Shown in pieces: positions 28,869-41,612 of a stretch of 64,000 nt of DNA (positions within the stretch are counted from its first letter, which is position 1; each line of letters begins with the position of its first letter). The translations under genes were made by a program, and so were the position numbers. Location: the NCBI GenBank assembly GCA_964016885.1, contig OZ024741.1, forward strand, positions 387,872,001-387,936,000, read 5' to 3'. The notes under the pieces are model-generated. The model worked only from the letters and a program-made list of their open reading frames with translations, was not told where the DNA came from and ran no database searches. This DNA comes from Eledone cirrhosa (taxonomy: Eukaryota).

Positions 28869-31800
28869 CAGTATTAACACTGGAGGTGGTAGCAGTATTA
28901 ACACTGGAGGTGGTAGCAGTATTAACACTGGAGGTGTTAGCAGTATTAACACTGGAGGGGGTAGCAATATTAACACTGGAGGTGGTAGCAGTATTAACAC
29001 TGGAGGTGGTAGCAATATTAACACTGGAGGTGGTAGCAGTATTAACACTGGAGGTGGTAGCAATATTAACACTGGAGGTGGTAGCAGTATTAACACTGGA
29101 GGTGTTAGCAGTATTAACACTGGAGGGGGTAGCAGTATTAACACTGGAGGGGGTAGCAGTATTAACACTGGAGGTGTTAGCAATATTAACACTGGAGGTG
29201 GTAGCAGTATTAACACTGGAGGTGGTAGCAATATTAACACTGGAGGTGGTAGCAGTATTAACACTGGAGGTGTTAGCAGTATTAACACTGGAGGTGGTAG
29301 CAGTATTAACACTGGAGGTGTTAGCAATATTAACACTGGAGGTGGTAGCAGTATTAATACTGGAGGGGGTAGCAGTATTAACACTGGAGGTGGTATCAAT
29401 ATTAACACAGGAGGTGGTAGCAATATTAACACTGGAGGTGTTAGCAATATTAACACTGGAGGTGGTATCAATATTAACACTGGAGGTGGTAGCAATATTA
29501 ACACTGGAGGTGGTAGCAGTATTAACACTGGAGGTGGTATCAATATTAACACTGGAGGGGGTAGCAGTATTAACACTGGAGGTGGTAGCAGTATTAACAC
29601 TGGAGGTGGTATCAGTATTAACACTGGAGGTGTTAGCAATATTAACACTGGAGGTGGTAGCAGTATTAACACTGGAGGGGGTAGCAGTATTAACACTGGA
29701 GGGGGTAACAGTATTAACACTGGAGGTGGTAGCAGTATTAACACTGGAGGTGGTAGCAGTATTAACACTGGAGGTGGTAGCAGTATTAACACTGGAGGTG
29801 TTAGCAGTATTAACACAGGAGGTGTTAGCAATATTAACACTGGAGGTGGTATGAATATTAACACTGGAGGTGGTAGCAATATTAACACTGGAGGTGGTAG
29901 CAGTATTAACACTGGAGGTGGTAGCAATATTAACGCTGGAGGTGTTAGCAGTATTAACACTGGAGGTGGTAGCAGTATTAACACTGGAGGTGGTAGCAAT
30001 ATTAACACTGGAGGTGGTAGCAGTATTAACACTGGAGCTGTTAGCAATATTAACACTGGAGGTGGTAGCAGTATTAACACTGGAGGAGGTAGCAGTATTA
30101 ACACTGGAGGTGGTAGCAATATTAACACTGGAGGTGTTAGCAGTATTAACACTGGAGGTGGTCGCAATATTAACACTGGAGGTGGTATCAGTATTAACAC
30201 TGGAGATGGTAGCCGTATTAACCCTGGAGGTGGTAGCAATATTAACACTGGAGGTGGTAGCAATATTAACACTGGAGGTGGTATCAATATTAACACTGGA
30301 GGTGGTAGCAGTATTAACACTGGAGGTGGCAGCAATATTAACACTGGAAGTGGTATCAATATTAACACTGGAGGTGGTAGCAGTATTAACACTGGAGGTG
30401 GTAGCAGTATTAACACTGGAGGTGGTATCAATATTAGCACTGGAGGTGGTAGCAATATTAACACTGGAGGTGGTATCAATATTAACACTGGAGGTGGTAG
30501 CAGTATTAACACTGGTGGTGGTAGCAGTATTAACACTGGTGATGGTATAAAAATTAACAATCGAGGTGGTAGCAGTATTAACACTGGAGGTGGTATCAAT
30601 ATTAACACTGGAGGTGGTAGCAGTATTAACACTGGAGGTGGTAGCAGTATTAACACTGGAGGTGGTATAAATATTAACACTGGAGGTGGTAGCAATATTA
30701 ACACTGGAGGTGGTAGCAGTATTAACACTGGAGGTGGTAGCAATATTAACACTGGAGGTGGTATCAGTATTAACACTGGAGGTGGTAGCAGTATTAACAC
30801 TGAATGTGGTAGCAGTATTAACACTGGAGGTGGTAACAGTAATGACACTGGAGGTGGTATCAATATTAACACAGGAGGTGGTAGCAATATTAACACTGGC
30901 GGTGGTAGCAGTATTAACATTGGAGGTGGTAGCAATATTAACACTGGAGCAGGTATCAATATTAACACTGGAGGTGGTAGCAGTATTAACACTGGAGGTG
31001 GTAGCAATATTAACACTGGAGGTGGTAGCAATATTAACACAGGAGGTGGTAGCAGTAATAACACTGGAGGTGGTAGCAGTATTAACACTGGAGGTGGTAG
31101 CAATATTAACACTGGAGGTGGTAGCAGTATTAACACTGGAGGTGGTAGCAGTATTAACACTGGAGGGGTAGCAGTATTAACACTGGAGGTTGTAGCAGTA
31201 TTAACACTGGAGGTGGTAGCAGTATTAACACTGGAGGTGTTAGCAGTATTAACACTGGAGGGGGTAGCAATATTAACACTGGAGGTGGTAGCAGTATTAA
31301 CACTGGAGGTGGTAGCAATATTAACACTGGAGGTGGTAGCAGTATTAACACTGGAGGTGGTAGCAATATTAACACTGGAGGTGGTAGCAGTATTAACACT
31401 GGAGGTGTTAGCAGTATTAACACTGGAGGGGGTAGTAGTATTAACACTGGAGGAGGTAGCAGTATTAACACTGGAGGTGTTAGCAATATTAACACTGGAG
31501 GTGGTAGCAGTATTAACACTGGAGGTGGTAGCAATATTAACACTGGAGGCGTTAGCAGTATTAACACTGGAGGTGTTAGCAGTATTAACACTGGAGGGGG
31601 TAGCAGTATTAACACTGGAGGTGGTAGCAGTATTAACACTGGAGGTGGTAGTAGTATTAACACTGGAGGTGTTAGCAGTATTAACACTGGAGGTGGTATC
31701 AATATTAACACAGGAGGTGGTAGCAATATTAACACTGGAGGTGTTAGCAATATTAACACTGGAGGTGGTATCAATATTAACACTGGAGGTGGTAGCAATA

Positions 31801-34473
31801 TTAACACTGGAGGTGGTAGCAGTATTAACACTGGAGGTGGTATCAATATTAACACTGGAGGGGGTAGCAGTATTAACACTGGAGGTGGTAGCAGTATTAA
31901 CACTGGAGGTGGTAGCAGTATTAACACTGGAGGTGTTAGCAATATTAACATTGGAGGTGGTAGCAGTATTAACAATGGAGGGGGTAGCAGTATTAACACT
32001 GGAGGGGCTAGCAGTATTAACACTGGAGGTGGTAGCAGTATTAACACTGGAGGTGGTAGCAGTATTAACACTGGAGGTGGTAGCAGTATTAACACTGGAG
32101 GTGTTAGCAGTATTAACACAGGAGGTGTTAGCAATATTAACACTGGAGGTGGTATGAATATTAACACTGGAGGTGGTAGCAATATTAACACTGGAGGTGG
32201 TAGCAGTATTAACACTGGAGGTGGTAGCAATATTAACACTGGAGGTGTTAGCAGTATTAACACTGGAGGTGGTAGCAGTATTAACACTGGAGGTGGTAGC
32301 AATATTAACACTGGAGGTGGTAGCAGTATTAACACTGGAGGTGTTAGCAATATTAACACTGGAGGTGGTAGCAGTATTAACACTGGAGGGGGTAGCAGTA
32401 TTAACACTGGAGGTGGTAGCAATATTAACACTGGAGGTGGTAGCAGTATTAACACTGGAGGTGGTATCAATATTAACACTGGAGGTGGTATCAGTATTAA
32501 CACTGGAGATGGTAGCCGTATTAACACTGGAGGTGGTAGCAATATTAACACTGGAGGTGTTAGCAATATTAACACTGGAGGTGGTATCAATATTAACACT
32601 GGAGGTGGTAGCAGTATTAAAACTGGAGGTGGTAGCAATATTAACACTGGAAGTGGTATCAATATTAACACTGGAGGTGGTAGCAGTATTAACACTGGAG
32701 GTGGTAGCAGTATTAACACTGGAGGTGGTATCAATATTAGCACTGGAGGTGGTAGCAATATTAACACTGGAGGTGGTAGCAGTATTAACACTGGAGGTGG
32801 TAGCAGTATTAACACTGGAGGTGGTATCAATATTAACACAGGAGGTGGTAGCAATATTAACACTGGAGGTGGTAGCAGTATTAACACTGGAGGTGGTAGC
32901 AGTATTAACACTGGAGGTGGTAGCAGTATTAACACTGGAGGTGGTAGCAGTATTAACACTGGAGGTGGTATCAATATTAACACAGGAGGTGGTAGCAATA
33001 TTAACACTGGAGGTGTTAGCAATATTAACACTGGAGGTGGTATCAATATTAACACTGGAGGTGGTAGCAATATTAACACTGGAGGTTGTAGCAGTATTAA
33101 CACTGGAGGTGGTATCAATATTAACACTGGAGGGGGTAGCAGTATTAACACTGGAGGTGGTAGCAGTATTAACACTGGAGGTGGTAGCAGTATTAACACT
33201 GGAGGTGTTAGCAATATTAACACTGGAGGTGGTAGCAGTATTAACACTGGAGGGGGTAGCAGTATTAACACTGGAGGGGGTAGCAGTATTAACACTGGAG
33301 GTGGTAGCAGTATTAACACTGGAGGTGGTAGCAGTATTAACACTGGAGGTGGTAGCAGTATTAACACTTGAGGTGTTAGCAATATTAACACAGGAGGTGT
33401 TAGCAATATTAACACTGGAGGTGGTATGAATATTAACACTGGAGGTGGTAGCAATATTAACACTGGAGGTGGTAGCAGTATTAACACTGGAGGTGGTAGC
33501 AATATTAACGCTGGAGGTGTTAGCAGTATTAACACTGGAGGTGGTAGCAGTATTAACACTGGAGGTGGTAGCAATATTAACACTGGAGGTGGTAGCAGTA
33601 TTAACACTGGAGCTGTTAGCAATATTAACACTGGAGGTGGTAGCAGTATTAACACTGGAGGGGGTAGCAGTATTAACACTGGAGGTGGTAGCAATATTAA
33701 CACTGGAGGTGGTAGCAGTATTAACACTGGAGGTGGTCGCAATATTAACACTGGAGGTGGTATCAGTATTAACACTGGAGATGGTAGCCGTATTAACCCT
33801 GGAGGTGGTAGCAATATTAACACTGGAGGTGGTAGCAATATTAACACTGGAGGTGGTATCAATATTAACACTGGAGGTGGTAGCAGTATTAACACTGGAG
33901 GTGGCAGCAATATTAACACTGGATGTGGTATCAATATTAACACTGGAGGTGGTAGCAGTATTAACACTGGAGGTGGTAGCAGTATTAACACTGGAGGTGG
34001 TATCAATATTAGCACTGGAGGTGGTAGCAATATTAACACTGGAGGTGGTAGCAATATTAACACTGGAGGTGGTAGCAGTATTAACACTGGAGGTGGTAGC
34101 AGTATTAACACTGGTGATGGTATAAAAATTAACAATCGAGGTGGTAGCAGTATTAACACTGGAGGTGGTATCAATATTAACACTGGAGGTGGTAGCAGTA
34201 TTAACACTGGAGGTGGTAGCAATATTAACACTGGAGGTGGTATAAATATTAACACTGGAGGTGGTATCAATATTAACACTGGAGCGGGTATCAATATTAA
34301 CACTGGAGGTGGTAGCAGTATTAACACTGGAGGTGGTAGCAATATTAACACTGGAGGTGGTAGCAGTATTAACACTGGAGGTGGTAGCAATATTAACACT
34401 GGAGGTGGTAGCAGTATTAACACTGGAGGTGGTAGCAATATTAACACTGGAGGTGGTATCAGTATTAACACTA

Positions 34474-34485
34474 GGGGGGGGGGGG
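34474..34485 (+). repeat. G12 homopolymer replacing the GGAGGTGG part of one monomer (29-bp unit)
   Basis: Read directly: ACTA-G12-TAGCATTATT. Confidence 0.9.
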
Positions 34486-37400
34486 TAGCATTATTAACAC
34501 TGGAGGTGGTAGCAGTATTAACACTGGAGGTGGTAGCAGTATTAACACTGGAGGTGGTAGCAGTAATAACACTGGAGGTGGTATCAATATTAACACAGGA
34601 GGTGGTATCAATATTAACACTGGAGGTGGTAGCAATATTAACACTGGAGGTGGTAGCAATATTAACACTGGAGCAGGTATCAATATTAACACTGGAGGTG
34701 GTAGCAGTATTAACACTGGAGGTGGTAGCAATATTAACACTGGAGGTGGTAGCAGTATTAACACTGGAGGTGGTAGCAGTATTAACACTGGAGGTGGTAG
34801 CAGTATTAACACTGGAGGTGGTAGCAGTATTAACACTGGAGGTGGTAGCAGTATTAACACAGGAGGTGTTAGCAATATTAACGATGGAGGTGGTATCAAT
34901 ATTAACACTGGAGGTGTTAGCAGTATTAACACTGGAGGTGGTAGCAGTATTAACACTGGAGGTGGTAGCAATATTAACACTGGAGGTGGTAGCAGTATTA
35001 ACACTGGAGGTGGTAGCAATATTAACACTGGAGGTGGTATCAGTATTAACACTGGAGGTGGTATCAGTATTAACACTGGAGGTGGTAGCAATATTAACAC
35101 TGGAGGTGGTAGCAGTATTAACACTGGAGGTGGTAGCAATATTAACACTGGAGGTGGTATCAGTATTAACACTGGAGGTGGTAGCAGTATTAACACTGGA
35201 GGTGGTAGCAATATTAACACTGGAGGTGGTAGCAATATTAACACTGGAGGTGGTATCAATATTAACACTGGAGGTGGTAGCAGTATTAACACTGGAGGTG
35301 GTAGCAATATTAACACTGGAAGTGGTATCAATATTAACACTGGAGGTGGTAGCAGTATTAACACTGGAGGTGGTAGCAGTATTAACACTGGAGGTGGTAT
35401 CAATATTAGCACTGGAGGTGGTATCAATATTAACACTGGAGGTGGTAGCAGTATTAACACTGGAGGTGGTAGCAGTATTAACACTGGTGATGGTATCAAT
35501 ATTAACAATCGAGGTGGTAGCAGTATTAACACTGGAGGTGGTATCAATATTAACACTGGAGGTGGTAGCAGTATTAACACTGGAGGTGGTAGCAGTATTA
35601 ACACTGGAGGTGGTATAAATATTAACACTGGAGGTGGTATCAATATTAACACTGGAGCGGGTATCTATATTAACACTGGAGGTGGTAGCAGTATTAACAC
35701 TGGAGATGGTAGCAGTATTAACACTGGAGGTGGTAGCAATATTAACACTGGAGGTGCTAACAGTATTAACACTGGAGGTGGTAGCAATATTAACACTGGA
35801 GGTGGTAGCAGTATTAACACTGGAGGTGTTAGCAATATTAACACTGGAGGTGTTAGCAGTATTAATACTGGAGGGGGTAGCAGTATTAACACTGGAGGTG
35901 GTAGCAGTATTAACACTGGAGGTGGTAGCAATATTAACACTGGAGGTGGTAGCAGTATTAACACTGGAGGTGGTAGCAGTATTAACACTGGAGGGGTAGC
36001 AGTATTAACACTGGAGGTGGTAGCAGTATTAACACTGGAGGTGGTAGCAGTATTAACACTGGAGGTGTTAGCAGTATTAACACTGGAGGGGGTAGCAATA
36101 TTAACACTGGAGGTGGTAGCAGTATTAACACTGGAGGTGGTAGCAATATTAACACTGGAGGTGGTAGCAGTATTAACACTGGAGGTGGTAGCAATATTAA
36201 CACTGGAGGTGGTAGCAGTATTAACACTGGAGGTGTTAGCAGTATTAACACTGGAGGGGGTAGCAGTATTAACACTGGAGGGGGTAGCAGTATTAACACT
36301 GGAGGTGTTAGCAATATTAACACTGGAGGTGGTAGCAGTATTAACACTGGAGGTGGTAGCAATATTAACACTGGAGGTGGTAGCAGTATTAACACTGGAG
36401 GTGTTAGCAGTATTAACACTGGAGGTGGTAGCAGTATTAACACTGGAGGTGTTAGCAATATTAACACTGGAGGTGGTAGCAGTATTAATACTGGAGGGGG
36501 TAGCAGTATTAACACTGGAGGTGGTATCAATATTAACACAGGAGGTGGTAGCAATATTAACACTGGAGGTGTTAGCAATATTAACACTGGAGGTGGTATC
36601 AATATTAACACTGGAGGTGGTAGCAATATTAACACTGGAGGTGGTAGCAGTATTAACACTGGAGGTGGTATCAATATTAACACTGGAGGGGGTAGCAGTA
36701 TTAACACTGGAGGTGGTAGCAGTATTAACACTGGAGGTGGTATCAGTATTAACACTGGAGGTGTTAGCAATATTAACACTGGAGGTGGTAGCAGTATTAA
36801 CACTGGAGGGGGTAGCAGTATTAACACTGGAGGGGGTAGCAGTATTAACACTGGAGGTGGTAGCAGTATTAACACTGGAGGTGGTAGCAGTATTAACACT
36901 GGAGGTGGTAGCAGTATTAACACTGGAGGTGTTAGCAGTATTAACACAGGAGGTGTTAGCAATATTAACACTGGAGGTGGTATGAATATTAACACTGGAG
37001 GTGGTAGCAATATTAACACTGGAGGTGGTAGCAGTATTAACACTGGAGGTGGTAGCAATATTAACGCTGGAGGTGTTAGCAGTATTAACACTGGAGGTGG
37101 TAGCAGTATTAACACTGGAGGTGGTAGCAATATTAACACTGGAGGTGGTAGCAGTATTAACACTGGAGCTGTTAGCAATATTAACACTGGAGGTGGTAGC
37201 AGTATTAACACTGGAGGAGGTAGCAGTATTAACACTGGAGGTGGTAGCAATATTAACACTGGAGGTGTTAGCAGTATTAACACTGGAGGTGGTCGCAATA
37301 TTAACACTGGAGGTGGTATCAGTATTAACACTGGAGATGGTAGCCGTATTAACCCTGGAGGTGGTAGCAATATTAACACTGGAGGTGGTAGCAATATTAA

Positions 37401-40400
37401 CACTGGAGGTGGTATCAATATTAACACTGGAGGTGGTAGCAGTATTAACACTGGAGGTGGCAGCAATATTAACACTGGAAGTGGTATCAATATTAACACT
37501 GGAGGTGGTAGCAGTATTAACACTGGAGGTGGTAGCAGTATTAACACTGGAGGTGGTATCAATATTAGCACTGGAGGTGGTAGCAATATTAACACTGGAG
37601 GTGGTATCAATATTAACACTGGAGGTGGTAGCAGTATTAACACTGGTGGTGGTAGCAGTATTAACACTGGTGATGGTATAAAAATTAACAATCGAGGTGG
37701 TAGCAGTATTAACACTGGAGGTGGTATCAATATTAACACTGGAGGTGGTAGCAGTATTAACACTGGAGGTGGTAGCAGTATTAACACTGGAGGTGGTATA
37801 AATATTAACACTGGAGGTGGTAGCAATATTAACACTGGAGGTGGTAGCAGTATTAACACTGGAGGTGGTAGCAATATTAACACTGGAGGTGGTATCAGTA
37901 TTAACACTGGAGGTGGTAGCAGTATTAACACTGAATGTGGTAGCAGTATTAACACTGGAGGTGGTAACAGTAATGACACTGGAGGTGGTATCAATATTAA
38001 CACAGGAGGTGGTAGCAATATTAACACTGGCGGTGGTAGCAGTATTAACATTGGAGGTGGTAGCAATATTAACACTGGAGCAGGTATCAATATTAACACT
38101 GGAGGTGGTAGCAGTATTAACACTGGAGGTGGTAGCAATATTAACACTGGAGGTGGTAGCAATATTAACACAGGAGGTGGTAGCAGTAATAACACTGGAG
38201 GTGGTAGCAGTATTAACACTGGAGGTGGTAGCAATATTAACACTGGAGGTGGTAGCAGTATTAACACTGGAGGTGGTAGCAGTATTAACACTGGAGGGGT
38301 AGCAGTATTAACACTGGAGGTTGTAGCAGTATTAACACTGGAGGTGGTAGCAGTATTAACACTGGAGGTGTTAGCAGTATTAACACTGGAGGGGGTAGCA
38401 ATATTAACACTGGAGGTGGTAGCAGTATTAACACTGGAGGTGGTAGCAATATTAACACTGGAGGTGGTAGCAGTATTAACACTGGAGGTGGTAGCAATAT
38501 TAACACTGGAGGTGGTAGCAGTATTAACACTGGAGGTGTTAGCAGTATTAACACTGGAGGGGGTAGTAGTATTAACACTGGAGGAGGTAGCAGTATTAAC
38601 ACTGGAGGTGTTAGCAATATTAACACTGGAGGTGGTAGCAGTATTAACACTGGAGGTGGTAGCAATATTAACACTGGAGGTGGTAGCAGTATTAACACTG
38701 GAGGTGTTAGCAGTATTAACACTGGAGGGGGTAGCAGTATTAACACTGGAGGTGGTAGCAGTATTAACACTGGAGGTGGTAGTAGTATTAACACTGGAGG
38801 TGTTAGCAGTATTAACACTGGAGGTGGTATCAATATTAACACAGGAGGTGGTAGCAATATTAACACTGGAGGTGTTAGCAATATTAACACTGGAGGTGGT
38901 ATCAATATTAACACTGGAGGTGGTAGCAATATTAACACTGGAGGTGGTAGCAGTATTAACACTGGAGGTGGTATCAATATTAACACTGGAGGGGGTAGCA
39001 GTATTAACACTGGAGGTGGTAGCAGTATTAACACTGGAGGTGGTAGCAGTATTAACACTGGAGGTGTTAGCAATATTAACATTGGAGGTGGTAGCAGTAT
39101 TAACAATGGAGGGGGTAGCAGTATTAACACTGGAGGGGCTAGCAGTATTAACACTGGAGGTGGTAGCAGTATTAACACTGGAGGTGGTAGCAGTATTAAC
39201 ACTGGAGGTGGTAGCAGTATTAACACTGGAGGTGTTAGCAGTATTAACACAGGAGGTGTTAGCAATATTAACACTGGAGGTGGTATGAATATTAACACTG
39301 GAGGTGGTAGCAATATTAACACTGGAGGTGGTAGCAGTATTAACACTGGAGGTGGTAGCAATATTAACACTGGAGGTGTTAGCAGTATTAACACTGGAGG
39401 TGGTAGCAGTATTAACACTGGAGGTGGTAGCAATATTAACACTGGAGGTGGTAGCAGTATTAACACTGGAGGTGTTAGCAATATTAACACTGGAGGTGGT
39501 AGCAGTATTAACACTGGAGGGGGTAGCAGTATTAACACTGGAGGTGGTAGCAATATTAACACTGGAGGTGGTAGCAGTATTAACACTGGAGGTGGTATCA
39601 ATATTAACACTGGAGGTGGTATCAGTATTAACACTGGAGATGGTAGCCGTATTAACACTGGAGGTGGTAGCAATATTAACACTGGAGGTGTTAGCAATAT
39701 TAACACTGGAGGTGGTATCAATATTAACACTGGAGGTGGTAGCAGTATTAAAACTGGAGGTGGTAGCAATATTAACACTGGAAGTGGTATCAATATTAAC
39801 ACTGGAGGTGGTAGCAGTATTAACACTGGAGGTGGTAGCAGTATTAACACTGGAGGTGGTATCAATATTAGCACTGGAGGTGGTAGCAATATTAACACTG
39901 GAGGTGGTAGCAGTATTAACACTGGAGGTGGTAGCAGTATTAACACTGGAGGTGGTATCAATATTAACACAGGAGGTGGTAGCAATATTAACACTGGAGG
40001 TGGTAGCAGTATTAACACTGGAGGTGGTAGCAGTATTAACACTGGAGGTGGTAGCAGTATTAACACTGGAGGTGGTAGCAGTATTAACACTGGAGGTGGT
40101 ATCAATATTAACACAGGAGGTGGTAGCAATATTAACACTGGAGGTGTTAGCAATATTAACACTGGAGGTGGTATCAATATTAACACTGGAGGTGGTAGCA
40201 ATATTAACACTGGAGGTTGTAGCAGTATTAACACTGGAAGTGGTATCAATATTAACACTGGAGGGGGTAGCAGTATTAACACTGGAGGTGGTAGCAGTAT
40301 TAACACTGGAGGTGGTAGCAGTATTAACACTGGAGGTGTTAGCAATATTAACACTGGAGGTGGTAGCAGTATTAACACTGGAGGGGGTAGCAGTATTAAC

Positions 40401-41604
40401 ACTGGAGGGGGTAGCAGTATTAACACTGGAGGTGGTAGCAGTATTAACACTGGAGGTGGTAGCAGTATTAACACTGGAGGTGGTAGCAGTATTAACACTT
40501 GAGGTGTTAGCAATATTAACACAGGAGGTGTTAGCAATATTAACACTGGAGGTGGTATGAATATTAACACTGGAGGTGGTAGCAATATTAACACTGGAGG
40601 TGGTAGCAGTATTAACACTGGAGGTGGTAGCAATATTAACGCTGGAGGTGTTAGCAGTATTAACACTGGAGGTGGTAGCAGTATTAACACTGGAGGTGGT
40701 AGCAATATTAACACTGGAGGTGGTAGCAGTATTAACACTGGAGCTGTTAGCAATATTAACACTGGAGGTGGTAGCAGTATTAACACTGGAGGGGGTAGCA
40801 GTATTAACACTGGAGGTGGTAGCAATATTAACACTGGAGGTGGTAGCAGTATTAACACTGGAGGTGGTCGCAATATTAACACTGGAGGTGGTATCAGTAT
40901 TAACACTGGAGATGGTAGCCGTATTAACCCTGGAGGTGGTAGCAATATTAACACTGGAGGTGGTAGCAATATTAACACTGGAGGTGGTATCAATATTAAC
41001 ACTGGAGGTGGTAGCAGTATTAACACTGGAGGTGGCAGCAATATTAACACTGGATGTGGTATCAATATTAACACTGGAGGTGGTAGCAGTATTAACACTG
41101 GAGGTGGTAGCAGTATTAACACTGGAGGTGGTATCAATATTAGCACTGGAGGTGGTAGCAATATTAACACTGGAGGTGGTAGCAATATTAACACTGGAGG
41201 TGGTAGCAGTATTAACACTGGAGGTGGTAGCAGTATTAACACTGGTGATGGTATAAAAATTAACAATCGAGGTGGTAGCAGTATTAACACTGGAGGTGGT
41301 ATCAATATTAACACTGGAGGTGGTAGCAGTATTAACACTGGAGGTGGTAGCAATATTAACACTGGAGGTGGTATAAATATTAACACTGGAGGTGGTATCA
41401 ATATTAACACTGGAGCGGGTATCAATATTAACACTGGAGGTGGTAGCAGTATTAACACTGGAGGTGGTAGCAATATTAACACTGGAGGTGGTAGCAGTAT
41501 TAACACTGGAGGTGGTAGCAATATTAACACTGGAGGTGGTAGCAGTATTAACACTGGAGGTGGTAGCAATATTAACACTGGAGGTGGTATCAGTATTAAC
41601 ACTA

Positions 41605-41612
41605 GGGGGGGG
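41605..41612 (+). repeat. G8 homopolymer, paralog of the G12 tract (25-bp unit); last indel in the window
   Basis: Read directly: ACTA-G8-TAGCATTATT, with flanks identical to those at 34474. Confidence 0.9.
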
